A program made the translations under genes and the position numbers. This document shows, piece after piece, positions 1 through 12,097 of a stretch of 64,000 bases of DNA. Location of the stretch: the NCBI GenBank assembly GCA_043228905.1, contig JBHGNT010000020.1, positions 11,160,001 through 11,224,000 on the forward strand, given 5' to 3'. The notes beneath the pieces were generated by a model. The model was not told the origin of the DNA. It searched no databases and worked only from the letters and a program-made list of their open reading frames with translations. The stretch's first letter is position 1. Each line of letters opens with the position of its first letter. Origin of the DNA: Azolla caroliniana (lineage: Eukaryota; Plantae; Polypodiophyta).

Positions 1-950
1 AATTTTTTAACGAGTATATCCCGACATTCATGCAAGTCTTTCTCGACTACTTCGCCGTGTATGGCCAACAACTAGAACACATGGCCCAGTTACGTCTCTA
101 TCTTGATCGATGTCGCCAGGCTCGGTAAAGTTTAAACTCGGCAAAATGCGCGTTCTTGGTCACAAGCGACAACCTACTCGGGCACATCGTTAGTCAAGAA
201 GGTATCGCCATGGACCCGGAATAAAGTACAAGAAATCCTAAACACCCCCGCACCCTCGAACACAAAGGCCCCTCAGCCGATTTCTGGAACAAATCAGATG
301 GCACAGCCGGAGGATACGCCACCTCGCCGATTTCGTGACACCACTACACGCGGCGGTGCATCGACTTGCTTTTCAATGGACTTCAATCGAGGACGAGGCT
401 TACCAAGCTTTGAAACTAATGCTCTCGCATGCCCAAGTTGTACAACCTCCGATATGGTTGGAACCTTTCATGTCTTCGTGGACGCATCAGATATCGCCAT
501 CGGGAGCACACTTATGCAATGCACGCCCCCAAATTGGTATCAACCAGTGTATTATGCTAGCTGACGTCTCTCGGCCGCGGAAAAGAACTATTCAACCACC
601 GAACGAGAGGCCCTCGGTATGATCTACAACATCAGTAAATTTCAGCATTACCTCTTAGGCCGAAAATTCACATTTCACGTCGATCACTTGGCCCTCCTTT
701 ACCTGGTCAATAAACAAGCCCTAAGAGATTGCCTGGCTCGATGGATGCTCCTGTTACAAGAGTTTGATTTTCATATACAACATCGACCCGGAGTCCAACA
801 CGCCGTCGCTGACTACCTAAGCCGCCTCGAGTCAGGGGGACCCTATTGAGCCCACGTATGACGATTTACCTGATGTCGGCCTATTTAATCTCACAATGCT
901 GCTAGACAACAAAGAAGATGAATGGATCATGGAGATGACCCATTTCCTAC
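1..950 (+). pseudogene. Gypsy RT C-terminus and RNase H, frameshifted
   Basis: ORFs 298-564, 335-622 and 619-849 together give a Ty3/Gypsy RT thumb and RNase H, with stops and frameshifts. Confidence 0.85.
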
Positions 951-3727
951 AAGTATGCCACAAAACAAAGCGGCGATCATTATCAGTGAATACGAGGGAA
1001 ACAAAATCGACTGGGGTATTATCACCGGCGAAGGCGTACGCGTTGCACTGGCCTCGTTTCAATCGGGTAAGAAGTTGCTTTCTGTGATGATGCATTTTTT
1101 TACAGTCCTCTACCCACCACCTTCGCTTTCTTGCCCTCGCACCCTCTCTTCCCCATCACAACCACGGAAGCAGAGGGAGAAGCTCTTGGCCTTAAACCAG
1201 GAACTGTGGGAAGAGCCCACACCCCCTTCGCCTCCTTCACCCGCTCAAAACCCTACCCACATCTCGGTGCCACCCCCGCCAAAAACCCAAAAGAAACGGG
1301 CGTTGCCCGACAAGTGTAAGGAATGGGACGAGGAAGATGTCATCGAGGACAACGTCACCGAGGATGTCACCACAGACATCGGTGACTCACCCACAGCCAA
1401 GCCCGCGCCCCACCAATCAGCAACCCTTGGAAACACGGTCCCAAAAACGGAAACAAGCTGAGGGACCAACACCACCAGCCCCTGAAGCACATGCCCAGCC
1501 GAACAAAAAACAACGACTCAACCGCGAGTCCAAGATGGAAACCGAAGGGCCCCAAAACCCGAAGGAAAACGTAGTCAGCCAGAGCTCCCTGGCAATAGTC
1601 TAGTCGAGGCGTCACTCCAGGGTAAGATCGAGCATGGACAAACAACTCAGATATCCAAGGATGAGGGCCTGGGCTACAAAGACCTCCCCACGGAGGCATA
1701 TGAATTCAGTGCGTTACTTCGACTCGGCACAACATTCGAGCTGATGGATTTCCTGGCACATGCCCAAGTAGCAGCCGCAGCTCGCATGGCTAAAGAATAC
1801 GCCGAATTAAAGATGATTCAACGCGCTTTAATGGGAGAGCTCGAACCTAAAGACGATCGAGCCATACAAAAGATCAGGAGAAAGAAGTAGGCTAAAAACG
1901 CCGCACTTCTCATGGAGGTACTTGAGCTCAACACCGCCTTAATAGAGGCATATCGCGACCTCGACCGCACCACTTGGGCCGCCAAGGACTTGGCCCGACG
2001 CATCAAGACGACCCAGCAACGGGCCAAATGGGCTACCCAACTGTGGCAAGCCGCAGAACTAAGGCTGGCGTCATTAGAGCAACAATTGCAACAACAACCA
2101 CCCTTGAGCCTCCCTGCTCCGATTAACAAGGCCTTTCCAACCGCTTCCCCAAAACCAAGCTTGAGTGCTTCTACCCCAAGCGATGGCGACCGAGCTCACC
2201 ATAGGGTAGCCACGGCCGAAACTAACACAATGACAGACTCGGTACAGACGAGCGAGGCAGCATCACTGCACCCCCAAACCAGCCACCACCGACACATCGC
2301 CAGAAGTGGATAGGGCACCAGCACTCCAGACCAGCCACGGCTCCACGCCCCCACTTCCACCGCCTATCGTCATGGAGCAATTTGCCCAGAAGGACACCAC
2401 ATCACTTCCTCAAACAATGTAGGCGGCAACACAGACAGGGCGTCCGCTCCAGGACTACCGAGCAGAACTAAAGGTCGAAATTGCGCGGTCCGAGCATTTG
2501 GAGAAATGGCACAAGGAAGCCATGGGCTGCCTAAGGGAACAGGCCACAAGCCGGGAAGACGAGCTCAAGGCCGTCATCGCACACGCCGAGCTTATGGCAT
2601 AGTAGTACAACGCGAGTCGAGAAGCCGAACTCGCGCAAAAAACAGAGGAACACTCGGTTGCCTTAAAGGCAAAAGAAAAAGAGTTACTGGACCTTCAGGT
2701 AGCTCTCACCGACGCCAAAGAACGTATCCTCCGAGAAGAAGAAAGAAATTGCCAAAGGGAGCAGGAACTGTTCGCCGAAAACGAGGAGATTCGGAGGCAA
2801 CGCGGGGAATGGGAAGAAAGGGCCAATGAGTTCATGCTTAAGTGGCGGATTGTTGACGAGCAAAAGGAGTAACTTTCGGACTCCTATAACAAATTACAAG
2901 AGGAAAGTATCATCGCGAGAGAACGAGTACGAAACGAATGGATAAAGGAAGTGGAGGAAGCTACAACACAACTCACCAAACACTACGAGCAGACTATTGC
3001 GCTCGTGACCGCGAAAGCAAAGAATAATCAAGCCACTTGGGAGCTCCTTATTCCAAAGTACCAAGCCGACGCCAAAAGCGCAAAGGAAGAATTGGAAACC
3101 AATCGAGCACAACCCGGCATGGACGATATACGCATACGAATTCTGATCGATAAACAGCGCCAACACGTCACCAAAAAGGTTGAGGAATCATTCGGCCGTG
3201 CAGGCGAAGAATGGGCAACCCAAGCTGCTGAGCTACACATCTTATGCGCCGACACCGAGAACCAACAGAAGGAGGGACGAGGATTTTACAAGATGGATGA
3301 AGCCAGTATCCAAACCCTCCGTGCGGACTTAACCGAGGATTATCATACATTGGTGAAATCCCACACCGCGGCAATCGAGCAATTGCTGGAAGACTTCAAC
3401 GATAATCAGATGATGTTCTGATTGGAAGCCGAAGCATATGAACAAGAGCGACTCGCGGCTATACAGACCAACCCCCCCACGCCCACGGAGCAGAACGACG
3501 AACCCTGAAATGAGGACACCACGGATGCTAGACAGTAGGAACCCGCCCTTGCAGAGCGACCACCCGAGCCTACCATGCCTGACCTGGTAGCAACAGAGGA
3601 CAGATCGCTCGAAGACACAGAACCCCCGACATCAACAGTTCAACCCCCATCACCAACACCACAACCTAAGCAACCTACCCACACCCACGACCCCGAGAAC
3701 ATTCTTGACATCTTAGAAGAGGAGTAG
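950..3727 (+). pseudogene. Extra (env-like position) ORF of the Athila/Tat-like family: N-terminal domain fragment, Pro-rich linker, long coiled-coil-like region
   Basis: IDWGIITGEGVR, LNTALIEAYRDLD and EWATQAAELH..QKEGRGFYKMDE match ORFs at 47792, 57907-59205 and 35651-36200 (-). Confidence 0.75.
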
Positions 3728-3900
3728 CACGGAAGTTACGCCTGCTTGTCTTAAGAGGCAACTTTGTAAAATTTTGTTTTGTTGGAAATTGCTTTTGTTA
3801 CCACAGGTACTCTTTTGTAAATCATGGGTCTGACGGACAAAGTCCTGTCCCACGGGCGTGCCTGGTGTTGTCCATGGGACAAAAAGATAAATTAGTTAAA

Positions 3901-4355
3901 TGTAATATGCCGATAAGTAACGCTAGTAGGTGAGGAAGGTAGAATTTAGGAAAACGCCGAGTTTCAAGTCTCGCAGTCAGCCGACGGCTTGGCTCTGGAT
4001 GAAGAAAAAGTATATAAACCGAGGTCTACGTACCTCGGCAGGGGGAGATATTGAGAGTATAGGCGAGATCGTTTTCATAGTTACAAGAGCTTTGTAAGGT
4101 CACCAGCCGTGAGCCGTGTTTTGTAATCATCGATAACTGTTTGCAGTAATACATATCTATTAGCTCTTATTGTTTTCATCTGTGTTCCTTCGTTCCTACG
4201 ATCTCAACTACATATATGCCCCGGGTTATATTCCAGGTATGCTCTCCGTTCTCTTCCCCTAACGACGCCTCCGTGTACAAGTCTTCACGATACACTTCCC
4301 TTGATACCGATAGCTTGTAGGCATATCGATGGTGTTTCCAAAGGAACGGATAACA
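3901..4355 (+). repeat. Putative 3' LTR of element A
   Basis: Starts TGTAAT after a purine-rich tract, has TATAAA near 4013, and ends AACA. The U5 end resembles 60140-60206. The start is approximate because the partner LTR lies outside the window. Confidence 0.55.
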
Positions 4356-7300
4356 TAAAGTCCTTTTAATAGTCGTGAATATCTTCTCTTTTTTTTTCTT
4401 TTTTCCCAATAGTAAAGTACAACATTATTTTTACATTTTGCTACCAGTGGGTCCCGTCTACTGGTTAGTCTGGGATCCATCTGCCGTTTTCGTTACGATG
4501 TGAAACGGGTTTGGGGGCATGGATCCCAGGTAAGGCTTTGATTGGAATCCGTTCACTTTTTGGCGTAATACTTCTCCAGCGAGGGTACCTAACTGAAAGG
4601 TCCCATTTTCCACCCCAATTATCCAGTACGGCCCTGTCCAGCGGAATCATAACTTTCCTGGCATTGGCCTCATGCGTGTTTGAAAGACCAGTACGCCTCT
4701 CCCAAACTTGAATTCTTTCTCTCGTGTGCCCCGATGTCGATCTACGAACGCCTTACGTCTTCGCTGCTCTTGTTCCAATATGGCCATGTTGCGGACCCGA
4801 GCTTCGCCTAGTTCGAGAAGTTGTTCCAATATGGCCATGCTCGGACTGGCCTTCCAACAGTCTGTCACGTACTTGAATCCGCAAACTGGGCACCTGGAAT
4901 TTGATGGGCATTACGACCTCTAACCCAAACGCTAACCGGAAAGGCGTGGACTATATACTCGTTTTGTAACTCGTTCGGTACGCCCACAAAGCACTATGCA
5001 ACTTTGTGTACCAGTCTCTTCTATTCTCATTCACTATCTTTTTCAAGATAGGGTGTAGCATCTTGTTCGTGGATTCTGCTAACCCATTTACCTGTGGGTA
5101 ATATGGCGTACTCTTCTTGTGTACTATGACGTAGTGGTGCGTGAGTTCGTGGATGACAAAATTCAAGAAATGGCTCCCTTGGTCGCTTATGAGCTCTATT
5201 GGGCAACCAAAACGACACCGGCTGTGTTCATAAGGGAATCTTGCCGTGGACGTCACAATATTGTCCCGTAAAGGTTTGTCTTCTACCTGCTTTGTGTAGT
5301 AATCTGTGGCCACGAGAATGTATTTGTTGCCTCTCTTTGTTGTTTCCGGCATAATGGGACCGAAAAAATCGAGACCCCATGTTTGGAACGGGTCAAGCGG
5401 GAGTACTGGTTGGTGAGGCATTCTTGCGAGCTCCGTAGGTTGTGCCAAGCGTTGATACAAATCACATTGTTTACAGTATTGATACGTGTCCTTTTACGTA
5501 GTTGGCCACCAGAGACCCGCTTGCCATGCTTTTCTAGTTGTGACATCACTTGCGTAATGCCCTCCGGCCTTGCCACAATGAGCTTCACGTAGTACGGCTT
5601 CCTTCTCATCCTGCCATATTCCGCGCTGCCAAATTCCATCGCTACCTTTATGGTAGAGTATGCCTTTGACCAGACAAAAGTTATGACTCCGGATTGCCAG
5701 TCGTTTCTTTTCGTTCGTCCGTAGCTGTGGATAGTCCCATGGTAAAAAAGTAAGTCATCTCCATTAGCCAAAGATCCGGAAAATTCTTTTCTTCTCGTGA
5801 CGCCGTGGTCATGACCCACAGAATATCAGCGTCGGGAAATTCATCATCTTGTCGCAACGCGTTATCACCATTATCTATTCTGCTTAAGAAATCAGCTACG
5901 ACATGCTGCATACCCGACTGATGTTGAATCACGAAGTCGAACTCTTGGAGCAACAACATCCATCTAGCGAGCTTCCCTGTCAACGTCTGCTTCTCGACTA
6001 GGTAGAGTAATGCCGCGTGGTCTACGTGAAACGTAAATTTCTGCCCGAGTAGATAATGCCGGAATTTGTTAATGTTGTAGTTCATACCCAAGGCCTCACT
6101 CTCAGTCGTGCAGTAGTTCCGTTCGGTATCTGATAACTTACGACTAGCGTAATAAACCGGTCGGTACCAATTAGGCTCTGTGAGCTGCCTTAATGCGCTG
6201 CCTATTGCGATATTTGAGGCATCTACAAATACGTGAAAAGGTTTCGTCTAATCTGGTGGTTGTACGACTGGTGCTTGGGTTAGCATTATCTTCAGTGCCT
6301 CGTACGCTTTGTCTTCTACTGCCGTCCACTTGAACGGAGTACAATGTACGATGGCGTGTAATGGAGTCGCAAAATCCGCCAGATATTGTAACATACAGTT
6401 GTGCCAACGTATTTGCCCCAAGAAGCGGCTAAGGGCTTTGGCATTAGTCAGGCTCTTCGCTTCAATGATTGTTGTAATTTTGTTAGGGTCTACTGCTATC
6501 CCCTCCTTTCTTACTATATGTCCGAGGAGTGCTTCGCTGGTGACACCAAATGCACATTTCGCCGGATTAAGATTGAGGCGTGACGTATGGAGTGTTCCAA
6601 ACAAAGCCGTAAATGACCCAAATGTTCACCTCGTGTTCCATACACCGCAAAGTCGTCAAGAAAAACTTGCATAAATGCAAGTATATATTCTCCAAAAATA
6701 TCTGTAATTCTTTCCTGGAAAGTGGCGTGCGCCGTTTTTAGACCAAACATCATTACTACGACGACGAAAACGCCCTAGTCTGTGACGAATGAGGTATTTT
6801 CTTGGTCGTAAGGGTGCATGCATACTTGATTGTATCTGCTGAAGCCATCCAAAAAACTATACCTGTCATGGCCTGCAATGGTGTCTAGTAAGCTATCTGT
6901 AAAAGGCAAGGGAAACGCATCCGTAATTGTTATAGCGTTTAGCTTACGATAATCCACATAGACGTGTATTTTCCCATTTTTCTTCGGCACCACAACTATT
7001 GGACCCAGCCACGTGGCTTGTTTTACCGGCCAAATGAACCTGCTTTCAACAATTTGTCAATATCTTCTTTTACACGCGACCCGAATAATTCGGGTTCATT
7101 CGATAGTGTCGTTGCTGCACAGGTTTCGCGTTGGTGGACAAGTTGATCTTGTGCTGATAAAATTTCAGATCCAACCCTTTCATGTCATCGTGTGACCATG
7201 TGAAAACATCCTTATATTCCCGGAGTAGTTCTGTCATTGTCGTCTTCTCACCTAAGGTCAGGTCCCTAGCAATTTAGAGTAATCGTGGCATCATCGTAGT

Positions 7301-9070
7301 TCTGATGTTGACTTCTTCTAATGCAGAAGCGGTGACTTGACGCGAGATTTCCATTTCTTTTTCGAATGCTTCTCGTGCCCTACTTAACTCCACTATCGAC
7401 TCAAGATTAGGCTCGTACTCCTCTTCTTGAAGCGTACTGGTTGGGACGTACTCCGCAATGGTTTCCATTACGTCAATTTCGAATAATGGCACGATCCGCA
7501 GGTTTTCATCGAGGTATGCCTCAAGCTTAGTATCATCCAATCCTTCCAGCATATTACTATCTTCAGCGTATAATGGCGTTATGCCCTTGGTTGGGGCCGC
7601 CGTTTCCTGCGTAGGTACATGGACTTTGTTGCGGCATCGTCAGAAGCTGATATAGTTATGCTGCCAATTCTACTTGATGTTGGTAGAGTGTAACCATGGT
7701 CTGCCTAGCAAAATTGGATACACTCCCGGAGCGTCTAATGTGAACACTACCGCAGAGATGTCAAAGTGATGGCCTCCGACGACAATTCCTAATTTCTGAA
7801 TTAAAGCCCGAGGGGCCTGATAGAACAGGTTTCCGCCATACGGAGCCACAAAGGGCATGCTTCCGAATCTATAATGCCCAGTTGAGTACACATGCTTGTA
7901 CTAATGATGTTTATGTTGGACCCCCCATCGACGATGGATCCCTGTACTTCTTGACCCTTCAGTACCAATTTAATGGCCGAATTGTGGTGATCTACTACTG
8001 CTGGGATGGTACTAGACTTCGCGAAATTGGCCGAGACGTCTAATCCGATTGTGCCTTGTATATACAATTGTCTACCACTTGTCGGAATCGAGGAACCAAG
8101 CAGAGGAGCTTATCCATGGTCAACGTTATTTCACAGTCTGCCAATGCTTGCCATATGGGGTCCGATGATAATGTGTTATCATCTGTCTCCAAGCTGGCGT
8201 TTGTTGATTCTTGTCTCATACGCTCCGTGTTCGCCGCATTTGCTTTTTCTACCCCAGCTTGGGCTACTTTGCGTATCTCATCTTGTTCTGCCCATTCTGT
8301 GTTTTGTGCCTGTTGCCGCATTGTGACCTGGTGGACTTCAGTTGGGATTTTATTTACGACGGTTCCTTACCTTTGCGACACGGACACTACGTCGCGTAAT
8401 GACCGGGCTGCTAGCACACGAAACAATGTACGCTTGACTCACTTCTCTCTACAACTGGTGGTGTATTGGTTTCTACCGGTACGACTTGCTCTTCCCGGTT
8501 TTGCTAAATTCGCCTGTTATTTTGGGGTTGTTGGCGATATTCTCAGTGTGGCTCTGGGCATTGTTCATCTTCTGAAATCTCCTCAGAATGGTGCAGGTCC
8601 CTAGGCTGATGATTGTTACCATTTGGATGAGGCCCATTGAATCCTCTGCGATTGTTGGTAGGTCGTTGATTGTCATAGCGATAGGTCGTTGTAAGGCTAC
8701 CAAAAACGTTTCCTTGGTCTCTTTGTCTGCCTGGGCCCGTGTAAGGTTCTTCTGTTGCGCCATGTGATTAGCATTCCATACATTGAGGAACGATCGTATA
8801 TGGCTCGCAATGTCGGTTTCTCCGTTGAAGCGGGGGTATGAAAAAGCTATGCCGGTCGCGATGGTGACGGTCAGCAAAGGAAGGTTACTATTACCACGGT
8901 GTGGACTAGTGTGGCGTTTGTTCGCACTACTTTGGTCGTGCAATGATAAGACTCAGTGATCAAAGCTGCTCTGTTCTGTGAGCGTGGAGTCTACCGTGTA
9001 CTCCTAAAAAGAGGAGGCGGGGTGTCTGCTAGACATCCATTCCTTGCTTGCTTGGTCTGCGAGGATTCAC

Positions 9071-9088
9071 AGATCATCAAGCGTGCCA
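9071..9088 (-). promoter_or_regulatory. Primer binding site TGGCACGC... (tRNA-Arg type, as in Tat-related elements)
   Basis: Lies 4 nt after the LTR end. The tRNA assignment comes from family knowledge and was not aligned. Confidence 0.55.
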
Positions 9089-9092
9089 AAAG

Positions 9093-9564
9093 TGTTAGCA
9101 ATTAGGAACGCAGTCCACCCTCAATCCTTCGGGGTAGCTTACAAGGTGATCTTGGTGCAAGGGAATAGGGATGCGTAGTGCGTGATTTGTAAGGCGTAAG
9201 GGGGAAACGGAACCTCCGTAGGAGTGTAGTTATCCCAACCCATACTTACCTTGTATTTACTACAACACAGTCTTGTACAGAGAACGAGAAACGAAAAACA
9301 AGAGACCAATAGGCAGAATACCAAGATTAGAGAAGATAAAACTATAATAAAATGACACTCTTACAATACGCTACTTTTTACAGTGGTCTTTCGCCCCTTA
9401 TATACACAGGGTTTCCAATCGGTTAGGCTCCCTGCATGAACCGTTACCTGTGTTACTTTAACGCTTCTAATATAATACTCTATTTTCCATGCGTTATGTC
9501 CGTTGGTTACAATTCCGGCGAACAACACTTCACTCTCTCTACAGTGAATTTGAAGGTCTCAACA
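9093..9564 (-). repeat. 5' LTR of element B
   Basis: Reads TGTTG...GCTAACA on the minus strand, directly followed by CTTT and a PBS. Confidence 0.65.
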
Positions 9565-9591
9565 CTCCGGATGGGATATGATTTCGGTTAG

Positions 9592-10281
9592 TGTTAGGAT
9601 TTCGGTCCCTCCGGATGGGATATGATTACCCGGCAAGGAAGACCCGGTGAGAACCAGATGACGAGTACCCGGCAAGGAAGACCCAGTGAGAACCGGATGA
9701 CGAGTACCCGGCAAGGAAGACCCGGTGAGAACTAGATTATGAGTACCTGGAAAGGAAGACCCGATGAGAACCGGATGATGCAGGCCCAGTGAGAACGTCT
9801 CACCGGATGAAGGGACATATAGGTAAATATGTTTCTGAGAGCGCATTGGGGCTATATCTGTAAATAGTCCTAATGTCATATTAGTATAAATATGACCTAG
9901 GGCAAACACTATATGGTGTGTTGTCATTATTTGTTGTATAGAGTTTTTGAGTGTAACTACTGTATAGAGTGAAAAGAGAGAGTGAGAGAGAGATACAGAG
10001 TGAGTCTTTATTGTAACTGCCGCCAGACAAAGATTGTGAGCAAGAGGTTGTTGCCTTTGTGTTCACCTGTTGTATTCCTCTCGACATAGTGATAGTTGGA
10101 GTTTGTGGACTCTTGTGCTTTTTCCCATTTAGGGTTTTCCACGTAAACATACTGTGTAGCCTCTCTCATATTGTCTGTGTGTACGTGTATTAACCTCCAT
10201 TCCCATTCTCGGTGTTCGATTTGAAACGACACGATCTGAGACTCGGTTGTGGCCGAGTAATATTCTGCATATTTCGCGTCA
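9592..10281 (+). repeat. Isolated LTR related to the Tnt1-like Copia LTR at 11478, with a 39-bp tandem array
   Basis: Begins tgttaggatttcggtccctccggatggg and shares the tataaatatgac and tttagggttttccacgtaaa blocks. About 4 copies of gtacccggcaaggaagacccggtgagaaccggatgacga at 9627-9780. Ends ...cgtCA with no clean TSD. Confidence 0.75.
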
Positions 10282-11226
10282 GAAAGCCATAGTCACCACG
10301 GATGTAGAGCTATGCCGGTCCACCCGTGGAAAGAACCCCATAAGCCGTTTCGGCTATGACGAGTACATGGCGTATCATTACGCGTTCATTATGAAGGTAG
10401 CGTTAGTACGGGAGCCGGAGATGCTTTCCGAAGCTGTAGAGGATCCGTGATGGGTCGATGCAATGAAGGAGGAAATGGAAGCGTTATGCAAAAACGAGAC
10501 CTGGGATCTCATTCCTCACCCTCCGAACAAGAAAGCAATTGGCTGCAACTGGATTTACAAAGTGAAACACAATGCTGACGGCTCTGTAAATCGCTTTAAA
10601 GCACGACTCGTTGCGAAAGGATACACACAAACACACGACATAGACTACGAAGAGACCTTTGCCCCGGTGGGAAAGATGACAATTGTGCAGACCATAAGCG
10701 CAATCGCGACAGCAAAAGGGTGGCACCTCCACCAGATGGACGTCAAGAATGCCTTTCTTCAAGGCGAATTGGAAGAGGAGGTGTACACATGATCCAACCA
10801 CCCGGTTTTGAATTGTGCAATCATCCAAACGACGTGTGCCGACTCAAGAAGGCTCTCTACAGCCTCAAACAAGCACCACGTGGATGGCACTCGAAGATCA
10901 CGCAATATCTTCATCAGATCAGACTTTGAATGTAAAAATCCGATACTTCTCTGTACATCCGAAACGAGTCAGATAGCCTGATTTTCATCATCCTTTACAT
11001 GGATGATTTGGTCATGGGAGGAAAGGATCTCGCCGAGATTAACAAGGTCAAATCCCTTCTTCCCGGCATATTTGAAATGAAAGATCTACACGAGCTCCAT
11101 TACTTCCTTGGCATTGAAGTAATTAGGACACCAGTAGGAATAATGATTTCTCAACGACACTACATTCTCAACCTTCTGTACAAGTTCAGAATGACCGAGT
11201 GCAAACCAGTGTCTATCCCTCTGGAC
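10282..11226 (+). pseudogene. Ty1/Copia reverse transcriptase fragment
   Basis: [28 protein letters not shown] and YMDDL motifs. Breaks off after PVSIPLD. Confidence 0.85.
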
Positions 11227-11477
11227 AAAGGATTCAGTACTTTGGATGAGAGTCCGATCTCATTCCGGCTAACTAGGCCGAATGATCGACTAAGTCGGAA
11301 TGACGAGTCAGATGACGAGCCGGTGAGTAGTGGAGACTCAATCGTGCTTTCCCCACGCAAGGAACCGAGGGGACGGTTCACGCGCACAGAAAAAGGGAAG
11401 AAGAAGATGCCAGATTACGACACCGGCAAACAAGAGTCGAATTGGAGCAAATCCGACTCCAGGAAGAAAGAAGACAG

Positions 11478-12067
11478 TGTTGGGATTTCGGTCCCTCCGA
11501 ATGGGATGTCCGGAGATGAATGACGGCAATCCCGGTTACGGTTACGGTCCCGGCTACGGAGCCGGATGATGAAGACCCCGGCTACGGAGCCGGATGATGA
11601 ATGTACCCGGAGCGAGATCCGGATGCGGGGACATATTTGTGAATATGTTTGCCAAGGGCCCTTGAGGCTATATTTGTAAATAGCCCGAAAGTCATATGCG
11701 TATAAATATGACTTAGGGCAAACAGTTTTATGTTGTTGCTCATTTTATGTTTTCAGCCGAGAGAGCGAAGTGAGAGCAGCCGAGAGAGAGAGAGAGAAAG
11801 GAAGAGGTCGACGCCTCTGTGTATTACCGCCGCCTGTGGCGAAGACAGTGAGCTCAAGGTTGTTGCCTTGTAGCTTCACCATTGTACATCTCTGTGTATA
11901 GGGATAGTTGGAGTTTGAGGACTCCCGTGGTTTTTCCCATTTAGGGTTTTCCACGTAAAACACCCTGTGTACTCTTCTCTCTATTGTCTTCGTGCACTTT
12001 GTATTTCCCGTTTTCTGTGAGTTGATCCTATTCCTCGGTTTGTGACCGAGCGCTGTTTTGCACATCA
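11478..12067 (+). repeat. 5' LTR of the Tnt1-like Copia (590 bp)
   Basis: Direct repeat of 16183-16800, with about 6 substitutions by eye and one fewer 28-bp unit. Confidence 0.95.
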
Positions 12068-12097
12068 AATTGGTATCAGAGCACGGTAACACAGAAA

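Larger units (their letters stand above)
1..4355 (+). mobile_element. Degenerate Athila/Tat-like (OTA) Ty3/Gypsy element A, 3' part: RT-RNase H remnant, integrase deleted, extra ORF, 3' LTR
   Basis: RNase H motifs FHVFVDASDIAIG, PVYYAS, FTFHVDH, ARWMLLLQEFDF and ADYLSR. Extra ORF remnants follow, and the 3' end ...ggataaCA at 4355 resembles the end at 60206. Confidence 0.8.
4356..9564 (-). mobile_element. Degenerate Athila/Tat-like Gypsy element B (5' LTR, PBS, partly deleted gag, PR, RT, RH, IN), interrupted on its 3' side by element A
   Basis: Minus-strand ORFs give PR (IVDGGSNINII), RT (FLDGFSRYNQ, FLDDFAVYG), RNase H and IN (WGLDFFGP, SDQGSHF, NGLAESTN). Many stops and frameshifts. Confidence 0.85.

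Noticed and set aside
9587-10286. TSD for the LTR at 9592-10281
   Set aside because: The flanks GTTAG and GAAAG do not match, and 9565-9591 looks like LTR-derived filler, so solo-LTR status is unproven.
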